Assembly (NCBI GenBank): GCA_963719035.1 | Contig: CAVRAO010000002.1 | Span: 384,001-448,000, forward strand | Origin: Methanobacteriota archaeon | Lineage (GTDB): Archaea > Halobacteriota > Bog-38 > Methanoflorentales > Methanoflorentaceae | Length of the DNA: 64,000 nucleotides | Direction: 5' to 3' | Shown here: piece by piece, positions 54,774 through 64,000 of the stretch | Layout: every line of letters begins with the position of its first letter | Position numbering within the stretch: the stretch's first letter is position 1 | Translations under genes and position numbers: made by a program | Notes under the pieces: generated by a model | The model's input: the letters and a program-made list of their open reading frames with translations, nothing else | Database searches by the model: none | What the model was told of the DNA's origin: nothing

Positions 54774-55958
54774 ATGATAGATATAATGGAAGGCTCTCAC
54801 GCAATTGCACTCGCAGTTAAAGCAGCGAGGCCAAACGTCGTGGCCGCTTATCCCATAACCCCTCAGACGCACATCGTTGAAGACATCTCCCAACTAATTG
54901 CCGATGGAGATCTCGAGGCGGAATACGTGAAAGTTGAGTCCGAGCATTCTGCGATGTCAGTGTGTGTTGGAGCAAGCGCAACAGGGGCTCGAACGTATAC
55001 TGCAACAACTTCACAAGGTCTAGCACTGATGCACGAGGTACTGTTCAACGCGGCAGGGATGCGATTGCCAATCGCTATGACAGTCGCCAACAGAGCGCTC
55101 TCCGCACCCCTTAACATATGGAATGACCATCAAGATTCTATTTCTGAGCGCGATTCAGGCTGGATTCAAATCTACGTAGAGGATAACACTGAAGCAAGCG
55201 ATCTCACGATACAAGCATACAAAATCGCAGAAGATAAGAGAATTCAAGTCCCTATCATGGTGTGTATGGACGGCTTCACGCTCACACATACCTACGAACC
55301 CGTAGAACTCCTCGACCAAGATCTAGTTGATGATTTTTTGCCACCTTATGCACCGACAGACTACCTAACTGTTGACGATCCAAAGACCTTCGGCATGTTT
55401 GCTGATCCGAATTATTACACCGAGTTCCGCTACCAGAATCACCAAGCGCTAGAGGCAGCCAAAACGGTCATCGCAGAAGTGTCGAGAGAATTCGGTGAAG
55501 TTTTTGGAAGAGATCATGGTGGACTTATCGAAGAGTACCGCTGTGATGGCGCCGAATACGTGTTGATGGCGATGGGATCTGTAGTCGGCACTTTGAAGGA
55601 CACCGTTGACGATCTTCGAGACGCCGGTATTCGAGCAGGTGCTATTAAGCTACGTTCATACCGTCCTTTTCCGGCCGAGGATGTTCGAAGCGCATTGGCT
55701 GACATAGAAGCCGTCGGCATTTTGGACAAAAACATCTCGCTTGGTTCTGGAGGGGCACTTTCTGCCGATGTGAAATCTGCCCTTTATCGCGGCAAGAGCA
55801 CTCCAAAGGTGTTCAGCTTCATTGCGGGTCTTGGAGGGAGGGACATACCGAAAGGAATGTTCGTTAAGATGTTTGACTGCATGCGCGAGAACAAGAAGAT
55901 ATCAACGAGTGAGTTTTTCGACTTAAGAACGGAGATTCTGGAGTTCCAAGAGGTTTAG
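54774..55958 (+). CDS. porA: Pyruvate:ferredoxin oxidoreductase alpha
   Basis: YPITPQT, ESEHSA, SQGL, NRA. Confidence 0.92.
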   Translation: MIDIMEGSHAIALAVKAARPNVVAAYPITPQTHIVEDISQLIADGDLEAEYVKVESEHSAMSVCVGASATGARTYTATTSQGLALMHEVLFNAAGMRLPIAMTVANRALSAPLNIWNDHQDSISERDSGWIQIYVEDNTEASDLTIQAYKIAEDKRIQVPIMVCMDGFTLTHTYEPVELLDQDLVDDFLPPYAPTDYLTVDDPKTFGMFADPNYYTEFRYQNHQALEAAKTVIAEVSREFGEVFGRDHGGLIEEYRCDGAEYVLMAMGSVVGTLKDTVDDLRDAGIRAGAIKLRSYRPFPAEDVRSALADIEAVGILDKNISLGSGGALSADVKSALYRGKSTPKVFSFIAGLGGRDIPKGMFVKMFDCMRENKKISTSEFFDLRTEILEFQEV

Positions 55959-55960
55959 AC

Positions 55961-56884
55961 ATGCAAGCAAAATACGATGAGGGATCGATAGACCTTTTAG
56001 CGTCCGGTCACAAAGCGTGCGCCGGATGTGGCGCGGCACTCACGATACAGGCGATTCTAAGAGCGACCGGTGCAAAAGTACTTGTTGCAAACGCAACCGG
56101 CTGTATGGAAATCATTTCGTCGCAATATCCGCAATCCGCCTGGAAAGTACCGTGGATCCACTCTCTCTTTGAAAACACTGCGGCAGTCGCCTCTGGAATT
56201 GAAGTTGCGCTCAAAGCACTGGGCAGGAGCGAAGAGGGCAATGTGGTTGTAATAGCGGGTGACGGGGGGACTGTCGATATTGGCATGCAGGCTATCTCCG
56301 GAATGCTCGAGAGAGGTCACGACGTCTGCTATGTTTGCTACGACAATGAAGCCTATATGAACACGGGAAACCAGCGAAGTGGCTCTACGCCGTTAGATGC
56401 GTCCACTACAACGAGTCCATTCGGCAAGAGATCGTTCGGAAATGATCGACCGAAAAAGAACATGCCGGCTATAGCGGCAGCTCACGGGATTCCCTACGTA
56501 GCGACTACCTCTGTCGGCTATCCACGGGACTTAACAAAGAAAGTGCAAAAGGGCATTTCTGTCAGCGGCCCAGCGTATCTGCAAATTCACGCTCCCTGTA
56601 ACATTGGATGGGGCTTCGACAGCGCGAAGACGATAGAAATCGCACGACTCGCAGTAGACACCGGGCTTTGGATGATGTACGAAATCGTCAATGGGGAGCT
56701 CGTCAACGTAATGAAGGTGCGCAACCAACAACCCGTTGAAGACTATCTCAAGCTCCAGAAGCGATTTGCTCACCTCTTCAAAATGCCTGGAGGCGACGCC
56801 CAGATCAAACTCATACAAGAGCTTGCAAATGATAACCTGAAGAGGTACACTCAGAAAGAAGCCGGTGACATTCAGACATCATAA
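55961..56884 (+). CDS. porB: Pyruvate:ferredoxin oxidoreductase beta
   Basis: ACAGC, TGC, GDG..YDNEAYMNTG TPP motif, PC. Confidence 0.92.
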   Translation: MQAKYDEGSIDLLASGHKACAGCGAALTIQAILRATGAKVLVANATGCMEIISSQYPQSAWKVPWIHSLFENTAAVASGIEVALKALGRSEEGNVVVIAGDGGTVDIGMQAISGMLERGHDVCYVCYDNEAYMNTGNQRSGSTPLDASTTTSPFGKRSFGNDRPKKNMPAIAAAHGIPYVATTSVGYPRDLTKKVQKGISVSGPAYLQIHAPCNIGWGFDSAKTIEIARLAVDTGLWMMYEIVNGELVNVMKVRNQQPVEDYLKLQKRFAHLFKMPGGDAQIKLIQELANDNLKRYTQKEAGDIQTS

Positions 56885-56974
56885 ATACTTCAACGAGGCG
56901 TTACCTGTCCCTAAACTGTTAACTGACGATTCAAAGCTGAAGGGGCGATTGAGAGTCACACGTCTTATTCAAAC

Positions 56975-58201
56975 TCATTCAAGCTCTGAGAGGGTAGAAT
57001 AAAGCGCATCAAAATTCGCATCTACCTCAATAGGTGGGTGGCAGGCTTTCATAATGGCTTCTGGGTCTTTCAGAAGATGGCCTGTTGCAACGCAAACAAC
57101 AACCTCATCGCGATCTACGGTCCCTTGCGCAATGAGCTTCCGCAGTCCTGCGAGAGAAGCTGCACTTGCCGGTTCAACGCCGATGCCCTCTAACCGTGCC
57201 AAGTCTTTTTGAGCTTTGAGGATCTCTTGATCTGTTACAGATTCTGCGGTGCCGTTAGATTGTCTGATCGCTCGTAAGGCTTTTGGAGCGTTGATAGGGT
57301 CGCCAATTCTGATCGCTGTCGCAACGGTTTTGGGTTCAGCCACTGGTTCAATCCGATCCAACCCACGGCGAAAAGCGTTCACAATCGGAGCAGAACGGCT
57401 TGCCTGTATTCCTGTCATCATCGGGACGTTGTGAATGATATCTAGTTCGCGGAATTCTTTAAACCCTTTATAAATTGCGCTGATATTTCCTGCGTTGCCA
57501 ACGGGCAAGATTACCCTGTCCGGGACGTTCTCCTTCTCATTCTTAATTGTGGCAAGTTGATCAATCGTTTCAAATGCAATCGTCTTTTGTCCTTCGAGCC
57601 TGTAAGGGTTTACTGAGTTTAACAAGTAGAACCCTTTTTCTGAGCAGACTCTTTGAATGAGAAGGAGAGCATCGTCGAAGTTGCCTTTAACGGCCACCAC
57701 AATAGCACCGTGCATGAGTGCTTGGGCGACCTTTCCTAATGCTACATAGCCACTGGGTAAGAGGACAAGTGCCTTCATACCGGCTTTTGCAGCGTAAATC
57801 GCCATAGAGGCTGACGTATTCCCGGTAGAAGCACACGCTAATATCTTCATCCCGAGTTCCGCGGCCCTCGAGACCCCCACTGTCATGCCCCTATCTTTAA
57901 ACGACCCCGTTGGATTCATCCCTTCGTGTTTAACGTAAAGCTCCTTGACACCGCATTCTGCTTCAAGCCGTTTACACCTATAGAGGGGCGTGCCCCCCTC
58001 CATTAGCGAGATGGGAACTCCTGAAATCGGAAGGAGTTCGCGATATTTCCATACGTGTGGCGGAATAGCTGTGCGGTCTCTTAAACTGAAGTTAATTTCC
58101 GACAGGTCATACCTGATTTCAAGGAGGCCATCGCAACTGCATGTATTCACGACGGTCGAGAGGTCGTGTTTCTTGCCGCACTCGATACATTCTAAATTCA
58201 T
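56975..58201 (-). CDS. thrC: Threonine synthase
   Basis: NPTGSFKDRG, CASTGNTS, NSVNPYRLEGQKT, PVGNAGN, EPASA. Confidence 0.95.
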   Translation of the reverse strand: MNLECIECGKKHDLSTVVNTCSCDGLLEIRYDLSEINFSLRDRTAIPPHVWKYRELLPISGVPISLMEGGTPLYRCKRLEAECGVKELYVKHEGMNPTGSFKDRGMTVGVSRAAELGMKILACASTGNTSASMAIYAAKAGMKALVLLPSGYVALGKVAQALMHGAIVVAVKGNFDDALLLIQRVCSEKGFYLLNSVNPYRLEGQKTIAFETIDQLATIKNEKENVPDRVILPVGNAGNISAIYKGFKEFRELDIIHNVPMMTGIQASRSAPIVNAFRRGLDRIEPVAEPKTVATAIRIGDPINAPKALRAIRQSNGTAESVTDQEILKAQKDLARLEGIGVEPASAASLAGLRKLIAQGTVDRDEVVVCVATGHLLKDPEAIMKACHPPIEVDANFDALYSTLSELE

Positions 58202-58205
58202 TTCG

Positions 58206-61030
58206 TCAACCTGTTTGCTCGATTTCCTCGAGCTTGTCGCTTACGAGCCTCAACGCTTTGTCCACGGCCTCATAGATCTTGTCAGCGTCTGGGCCGCCTC
58301 CCTGCGCTCTCTCAAGCCGCCCACCCCCATTGCCGCCGAGTATACTACTCGCCTCTTTTGCTATCAAAGCCGCGTTTAAACCTTTTTTCGCTATATCAGA
58401 GCGAACTGTAATAACGATATGTGCTTGGCCTGAACTTACACCTCCAAGGATGGCCACTGTATTGTCGTTTACCAGTCCCTGCGAGGTATGCAGTAGCTCT
58501 TTTATATCAGCGTCAATTATCCAGCTTAAGATCTTAATGTATTCGGTCCCAAGCTTCATTTCTTTTACTAACGGCTTTGATGCTTTAACCTCACTATCCT
58601 TAACTTCCACTTCCGCAGAGGTTTTTTTTGCGGCCTGAAGTCTAACCTCAGTCAGTTTCTTCTTTAGTTCAGCATTCTCTTTGCCTCTTTGTTTCCACTC
58701 CTGAAAAAAGCGACCTGCTGTTAACGGAAGTTGTTCTGTTGGGACTCGCAGCACGCGAGAGGATTCGCTAAGGATCATATCGCGCTGCTGATCGTATAAA
58801 ACGGCAGCTACACCAGCAGCAAATTCAAAGCGTTCAACTCCATCTTGTATTCGCTCTGTCCTGATGATTCGCAATGGTCCGATTTTTCCAGGTACTGGTC
58901 ATATGGGTTCCAGCGCATGCCTGGACGTCGCTGCCGACTCTGACGATTCGAATAACCTCTCCCGGCGGCACGCCACCCTGGTAAAGACCAAATCCGTATG
59001 TCTGTTCTGCTTCGTTGCGGTCCATCCACTTCTGCTCTACCGCGGTGTCGGTCATAATCAATTCATTTGCTCTGAGCTCAATCTTTTTCCTTTCGTCATC
59101 AGTCACTTTCTTGTAGTGCGAAACGTCAAGACGCGAGCTTTTGACACCCTTCTGTGCTCCTTCCTGCCAGATGTGACCCCCTAGTTCGTCTCTAATAGAT
59201 GCAAGCAGAACGTGTGTTGCAGTATGATGGCGGGCGAGAGACTGCCTTCTTTTTACGTCTATATCACCTGTTACTTGATCGCCAACCGAAAAAGGCGCGA
59301 CGTCCTCAACTTCATGTATAATCGCATGCCCCTGAAGTCGTGCTAGACGCACTCGAACTTTCTTTCCCGATTGTGCCGTAAAATAGCCCGTGTCTTCTGG
59401 CTGTCCACCGCCACCAGGGTAGAACAACGTTTTATCCAGAATTATGCCGTCTTCCAGTATCCCAACTATATGAGCTTCAAAGGTCACCTGTTCAGGTTCA
59501 TCGTAGAATAATCGACGGGTCACAGGCAAGCTTTGAACAGCTTCGGGGGTTAATTCTTCGACTTCTTCAAACCGTTCATGTGTCGCTGCGACTAGCGAAT
59601 AAAAATCGTCCAGCAGTTCAACGCGCGCACCAATTTCCGTAGCTACTTCTTTAACAATCTCTGGAGGCACACCATGGGAGTCGTACATCTTAATGACCTC
59701 AGCAGTTGGAAAACTCTGCCCTCGATAACGCTGCGCCAAGCTTGACACACGTCTCCTACCCTTATCTATGGTGCTGCTATACTTCTCAGTTTCATTTCGT
59801 ATTATGTCAATTACGGTGTCTGCCCGCTCTGTGTATTTAGGAAAAGCGTTAAGGCCCTCTATCTGTTTCACGATGATCTTTTCTAACGGGATAACAGAAC
59901 TCAAACTCTGCAACGAGCGGAGTAACCTTTCTTATTACTAGACGAGCGAGATATCCAGCTTTCACGTTAGAAGGGACTACCCCATCACCTAACATGAAAA
60001 CAAGACACCGCGAGTGATCGGCAATTGTGTATAACGTCTCAATAGGTTCCACAATTCTTACCAGCTCGTCAACATCGATGCCTATACTCCTAGCAACTCT
60101 TTTCCGAAGATCGAGCAAGTTGGAAGCGTTCAAGTCAACCATGCCAGCAAATCGCGCATTTTGGGCTAAAATATGTGAATAATAGGGGTCTTCAAGCGAG
60201 TGCTCAAGGCCGGTACATTCGATCAGATAGTTTACAATGTCTGGCATTACAGCGTCGTATATCGTAGGCATGCCGTTACCTGCCCATACCATACGTTCTA
60301 AACCATAACCTGTATCAACGATCGAATTTTTCATGTGCGTATAGCACTCACCTTTGATCGTTGTCCCGGTTTTTGACCGCTCCATGTCCATAAAAACGAG
60401 CGTAGCAAGCTCTAAACCACCAACAAGCACCTCTAAAGAGATTCCAGCATTACCACCGCCTGCCCAAGGGGTCTCCTTATAAGTAACGGACGCGGGTGCT
60501 GCTCCAAGCTCGTGCAACAGACTATCGCAATACTGCACGGTTTCATTTTTCCAATAGATGTGATTATCAAGATCGTTAAACGCGTGATGGGCCATCATTT
60601 CAAAGTTAGTTAAGTGCCTACCACTTTTACCGACCGTATCAATATCCTTTAGCCGAATGCAAGGCTGTGATATCGTGAGTGGGTTGGCAGGTGGGGGAAC
60701 CTTTCCTGAGGTTACAAGCGGCTGAAAATCGTAAATAGAAGCGTTTACTAACAGCACATCTTCCCTCCACCGAGCAATTACGGGGTACGGAGAGATGCGC
60801 ACATGCCCCCGGCGCTCAAAAAACGATAGATAGGCTTCCCTAAGTGCATCAGGCTCATGCTTTTTCAAAACGGGAGCTCCGATAAACGTATATGGCGCGC
60901 ACGGTGCGTCACCACACGTATCTTGCTCTTCTCGCGCCCAAAAGCGACTACCGCAGCTGCTGCATGATCTTGATTCGAAGTTGTTGTTTAAATATTCAAG
61001 AGCACCAAGGCTTAACTGCTTGTTTACCAT
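58206..61030 (-). CDS. alaS: Alanine--tRNA ligase (two +1 frameshifts near 59924 and 58892)
   Basis: ASIYDFQP, QPCIR, FEMMAHH, DTGYGLER; editing HHTATH..CAGTH; C-Ala GGG..AQGGG; three ORFs join on removal of one base at each junction. Confidence 0.95.
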
Positions 61031-61133
61031 TTAGCACCGTCACGTGACAATATCAGCTTAAAAAGGCTGGATTGCCCTTTTTTAAGTAACTGGGTAGAAA
61101 GTATTAAAACGTTGCGCAGCTTAGTAAGAGCAT

Positions 61134-61337
61134 ATGAGTGAAGAGAGAGCCACCGAAGACGCTCAAGACGTTATAAAGAGGCTCAAGAAGCTAGTCGAGG
61201 CGGAATGTGGCCCCATCTTTATTTCTAAAATGCAGATTAGGGACCTCGCAGATTTATATAAGACGTATAAAAAGGAGTACGGACCAGATTTTGCAGCTGA
61301 AGAGATACAAAACAGGATTAAATCACAGTTGCGGTAG
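61134..61337 (+). CDS. Hypothetical protein (67 aa)
   Basis: ATG after a TATTAAAA box; fills the gap between alaS and pdxS. Confidence 0.6.
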   Translation: MSEERATEDAQDVIKRLKKLVEAECGPIFISKMQIRDLADLYKTYKKEYGPDFAAEEIQNRIKSQLR

Positions 61338-61397
61338 ACGGCTACATAAGGTTTATCTGTTCAAATGTTTATAACCTCGACCAAGAGAGTGATTTAA

Positions 61398-62294
61398 GTG
61401 GACATTGAAAAACTGCATCGCGGCACTGAATTGCTGAAAAGGGGTTTCGCCAAAATGCAGAAAGGCGGGGTCATAATGGATGTGACCACCGCAGAACAAG
61501 CGATTATCGCCGAAAAAGCCGGAGCTGTTGCAGTAATGGCGCTCCACGCTGTTCCTGCAGATATACGCAAGGCCGGGGGTGTTGCACGAATGGCCGACCC
61601 CTTAATTATCTCAGAGATTATTGATGCAGTTTCTATACCTGTCATGGCCAAGACAAGGATAGGCCATTTCGTAGAGGCTGAGATCTTAGAAGCGCTAGGC
61701 GTCGATATGATTGACGAGTCCGAAGTACTAACTCCTGCCGACGAGCAATTTCATATTGAGAAGCTTCATTTTACCACTCCTTTTATATGCGGAGCGCGAG
61801 ACCTTGGAGAAGCCTTAAGGCGGATTAACGAAGGAGCAGCAATGATCCGCACGAAAGGCGAAGCAGGAACTGGAGACGTATCAGAAGCCGTGAGACACAT
61901 GCGGGCAATAATGAGTAAGATCAGAGAACTCAAAGGCAAAACCGAGCAAGAAATCAACCGCGTCGCCCGTGAAATCGAAGCACCCTATGAATTAACAGCC
62001 GAAACAGCTGAAATGCAGAGGTTGCCTGTAGTTAATTTCGCCGCCGGAGGAATCGCTACACCGGCCGACGCCGCACTTATGATGAAAATGGGCGCCGACG
62101 GTGTTTTCGTTGGTTCTGGAATCTTTAAATCAGAACAACCGGAAGTGATGGCTAAGGCTATCGTTGAAGCGGTCAATAACTTCGACGATCCTAAAGCATT
62201 GGCAGAAATCTCCAAAGGTTTAGGGCTGCCTATGAAAGGTATGTCAATAGGTCAGATACCGAAGGAAGAAATCTTGCAGACTCGTGGGTGGTAA
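61398..62294 (+). CDS. pdxS: Pyridoxal 5'-phosphate synthase lyase subunit
   Basis: [39 protein letters not shown]. Confidence 0.97.
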   Translation: MDIEKLHRGTELLKRGFAKMQKGGVIMDVTTAEQAIIAEKAGAVAVMALHAVPADIRKAGGVARMADPLIISEIIDAVSIPVMAKTRIGHFVEAEILEALGVDMIDESEVLTPADEQFHIEKLHFTTPFICGARDLGEALRRINEGAAMIRTKGEAGTGDVSEAVRHMRAIMSKIRELKGKTEQEINRVAREIEAPYELTAETAEMQRLPVVNFAAGGIATPADAALMMKMGADGVFVGSGIFKSEQPEVMAKAIVEAVNNFDDPKALAEISKGLGLPMKGMSIGQIPKEEILQTRGW

Positions 62295-62568
62295 GCAGAT
62301 CCTCAAAGGCCCATCAGATTCGCACACAGACTCATTAGAGTCAGAATTGAACATTTTTTCGAGTGAAGAATTCTCTTTCTGCTTGACCTTTCTATCTGTG
62401 AATTTTAGAGATGCAAAAACCTGCTAAAAAATCAGCTTGCTAACATAAAGCGGTCAAGCAAAAACGCTGCTATATAAGGCTCTGCAGCTTTGAAAAATGC
62501 CTGGCAGGTAACCTATAAGAAATTACGTGTAACCAAACAGTCGCAAGCACCACTTGCTGAAACTCGCT

Positions 62569-63576
62569 CTACAGCGACTTTATGAAATCATAAGTTAGCT
62601 TTCTTACTTCAGCGAGTAGATCCAAGTAATCTTTTGTTGAAAAAGTCAGTGGTATCAGTTCTCCCAAGGATGCAGTGCTAGGCCACTGGGCTGGTGCTGG
62701 CGTGTTTAGCACAACATAGTCCTCATTTTGAATATTCGATTCCTCTAGTATTTTCTCAAGTGCGTATACTGAGCGGTTCTCAAATACAGGGATCTGATAA
62801 TATTCTTCAATCGTAGGGTATGTGTCGCCGTCACGCGTGTAGTTTACGTACGTCGTTGCATTGATCAAACGATATGGAGGGAATACCTCTTCCCTGCTTA
62901 CGTCGAGATAATCCGCATCATCCCATTCGACAGAGCCAAACAGCTCACGATGTATCCACTTGAGATCAGCTCTTCGGTGCAACGACCTCGCGATGTCGAT
63001 ACATTTTAGCAGTATGACGCTGAGCGTTTCATTAGAATCGAGATCATCTTTTACTTCGCTTATCTTCTTCGTCAGACCCTGTTGATCAAGCACAGACTCA
63101 TTGGGTGTGATCGCCTCATTGTAACTTAATGCAGTAAGCTCCTCATGAATCTCCGCAGCCTGATCAGCACTCGCTGTAACTGCTGCCACATTAACGTTAC
63201 CCTTAATTATTATGGTAGTATCATGAGGAAGTTGCGGAGCTGGCATTTGCTCCCTTTCCTCTAAATGTAAATCGTGAAAAAGGTCAGATGTAGGTGGGAC
63301 AACCTCTTTCTCCGATGCCTCCGAAAGCGGTATCGCCGTTGTTTCTCTAAATGCTTCGGGGGTAGCTATCTCTTCAAAGCTTTCGGTATTAGGGGCTTCC
63401 TGATCGACGGACGTTCTTGCTTCTTGTGCCGTCGCACTCCGCCGACGGGCTCTTATTACTAATGCAACAGCAATGATAATTATCAAAACAGCCAACCCAA
63501 TTGCTATAATGACACCCGTACTTTGAGAGAGTTGCAAGTTACTGGGCAGTTGGGGGACAGTTTGTAAGATTGACAT
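62569..63576 (-). CDS. Single-pass membrane protein with acidic linker and C-terminal AbiTii-like domain
   Basis: TM helix followed by RARRR; LSVILLKCIDIARSL..KWIHRELFG..FPPYR resembles AbiTii; RBS GAGGTGA. Confidence 0.65.
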   Translation of the reverse strand: MSILQTVPQLPSNLQLSQSTGVIIAIGLAVLIIIIAVALVIRARRRSATAQEARTSVDQEAPNTESFEEIATPEAFRETTAIPLSEASEKEVVPPTSDLFHDLHLEEREQMPAPQLPHDTTIIIKGNVNVAAVTASADQAAEIHEELTALSYNEAITPNESVLDQQGLTKKISEVKDDLDSNETLSVILLKCIDIARSLHRRADLKWIHRELFGSVEWDDADYLDVSREEVFPPYRLINATTYVNYTRDGDTYPTIEEYYQIPVFENRSVYALEKILEESNIQNEDYVVLNTPAPAQWPSTASLGELIPLTFSTKDYLDLLAEVRKLTYDFIKSL

Positions 63577-64000
63577 CAGATCACCTCAGAAACTACTTAT
63601 GAGTATAGATAGATGCTCATAGATAAACCCTCTGGTGCGTTGTATTACGCTACAGCAAGCAGCTCGTCCGGTGAAGGTGTTTACCGTATTCGCCTTAAGC
63701 ATCCGAAAGTTAAGGTTAATCTGAAGTCAAAGGTTACTAAGTGAATTCATGCAAGGGGACTTTCCTCTGCACGACCAAAGATAAAAAAGTGACCCTTCAC
63801 TAACCACGACAAAACGATCTTGAACGCTGCGTATTTGAGGAGTCAGTTTCAACTTTGCTAATATCAAGCTTTTAGCTTAAAGTCAGTCTTCTTGTTGCTG
63901 GAAGCAGCAAAAGACACACAATGCCTTTTATTTCGTCAAACTGTAAGATCTTGGAGCTTAGAGTCGCCCATCTATTCATTTTCAGCTTCTCAAATCACTG

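Noticed and set aside
56975-58201. Second cysteate synthase
   Set aside because: NPTGSFKDRG and NSVNPYRLEGQKT identify a true threonine synthase.
58206-61030. Naturally split AlaRS
   Set aside because: The breaks fall inside conserved sequence, and each is repaired by deleting one duplicated base.
63577-64000. Feature in the terminal non-coding stretch
   Set aside because: No ORF of 60 aa or more, RNA motif or repeat could be supported.

Overview
Core-genome segment of a methanogenic archaeon (Halobacteriota-type; the Methanocellales/Methanosarcinales-like affinity is my inference from protein style and marker genes). In order it carries: the RNA polymerase/str operon (rpoB', rpoA', rpoA'', L30e, nusA, S12, S7, EF-2, EF-1a, S10, intron-containing tRNA-Ser); hisG and a patch of lineage-specific genes including an orphan PriS-like primase; RNA/DNA/protein-processing genes (rnz, thpR, cca, HDAC, NOG1, presenilin, fen, pcm, psmB, aCPSF1/FttA, nth); a mosaic accessory island (~35.8-40.2 kb); a coenzyme M biosynthesis cluster (comDE and cysteate synthase, divergent from hdrC-hdrB-hdrA/mvhD and methanogenesis marker 16); tRNA-Pro; the upper mevalonate pathway; tRNA-Thr; marker 12; por genes; thrC; alaS; pdxS; and a membrane protein with an AbiTii-like domain. 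The best candidate for a new system is the atypical HdrABC, which lacks several canonical Fe-S cysteines and sits in an apparent operon with the putative CoM synthase. Other notable signals: a YY[KR]G-x-x-[VI][KR]G-x-K peptide motif shared by two distant loci; seven +1 frameshifts in conserved genes, five at or beside GTAC (probably a methylation-linked sequencing artefact); probable ACG/ATT start codons; and attC-like motifs in the island. All assignments come from motif recognition; no searches were run.
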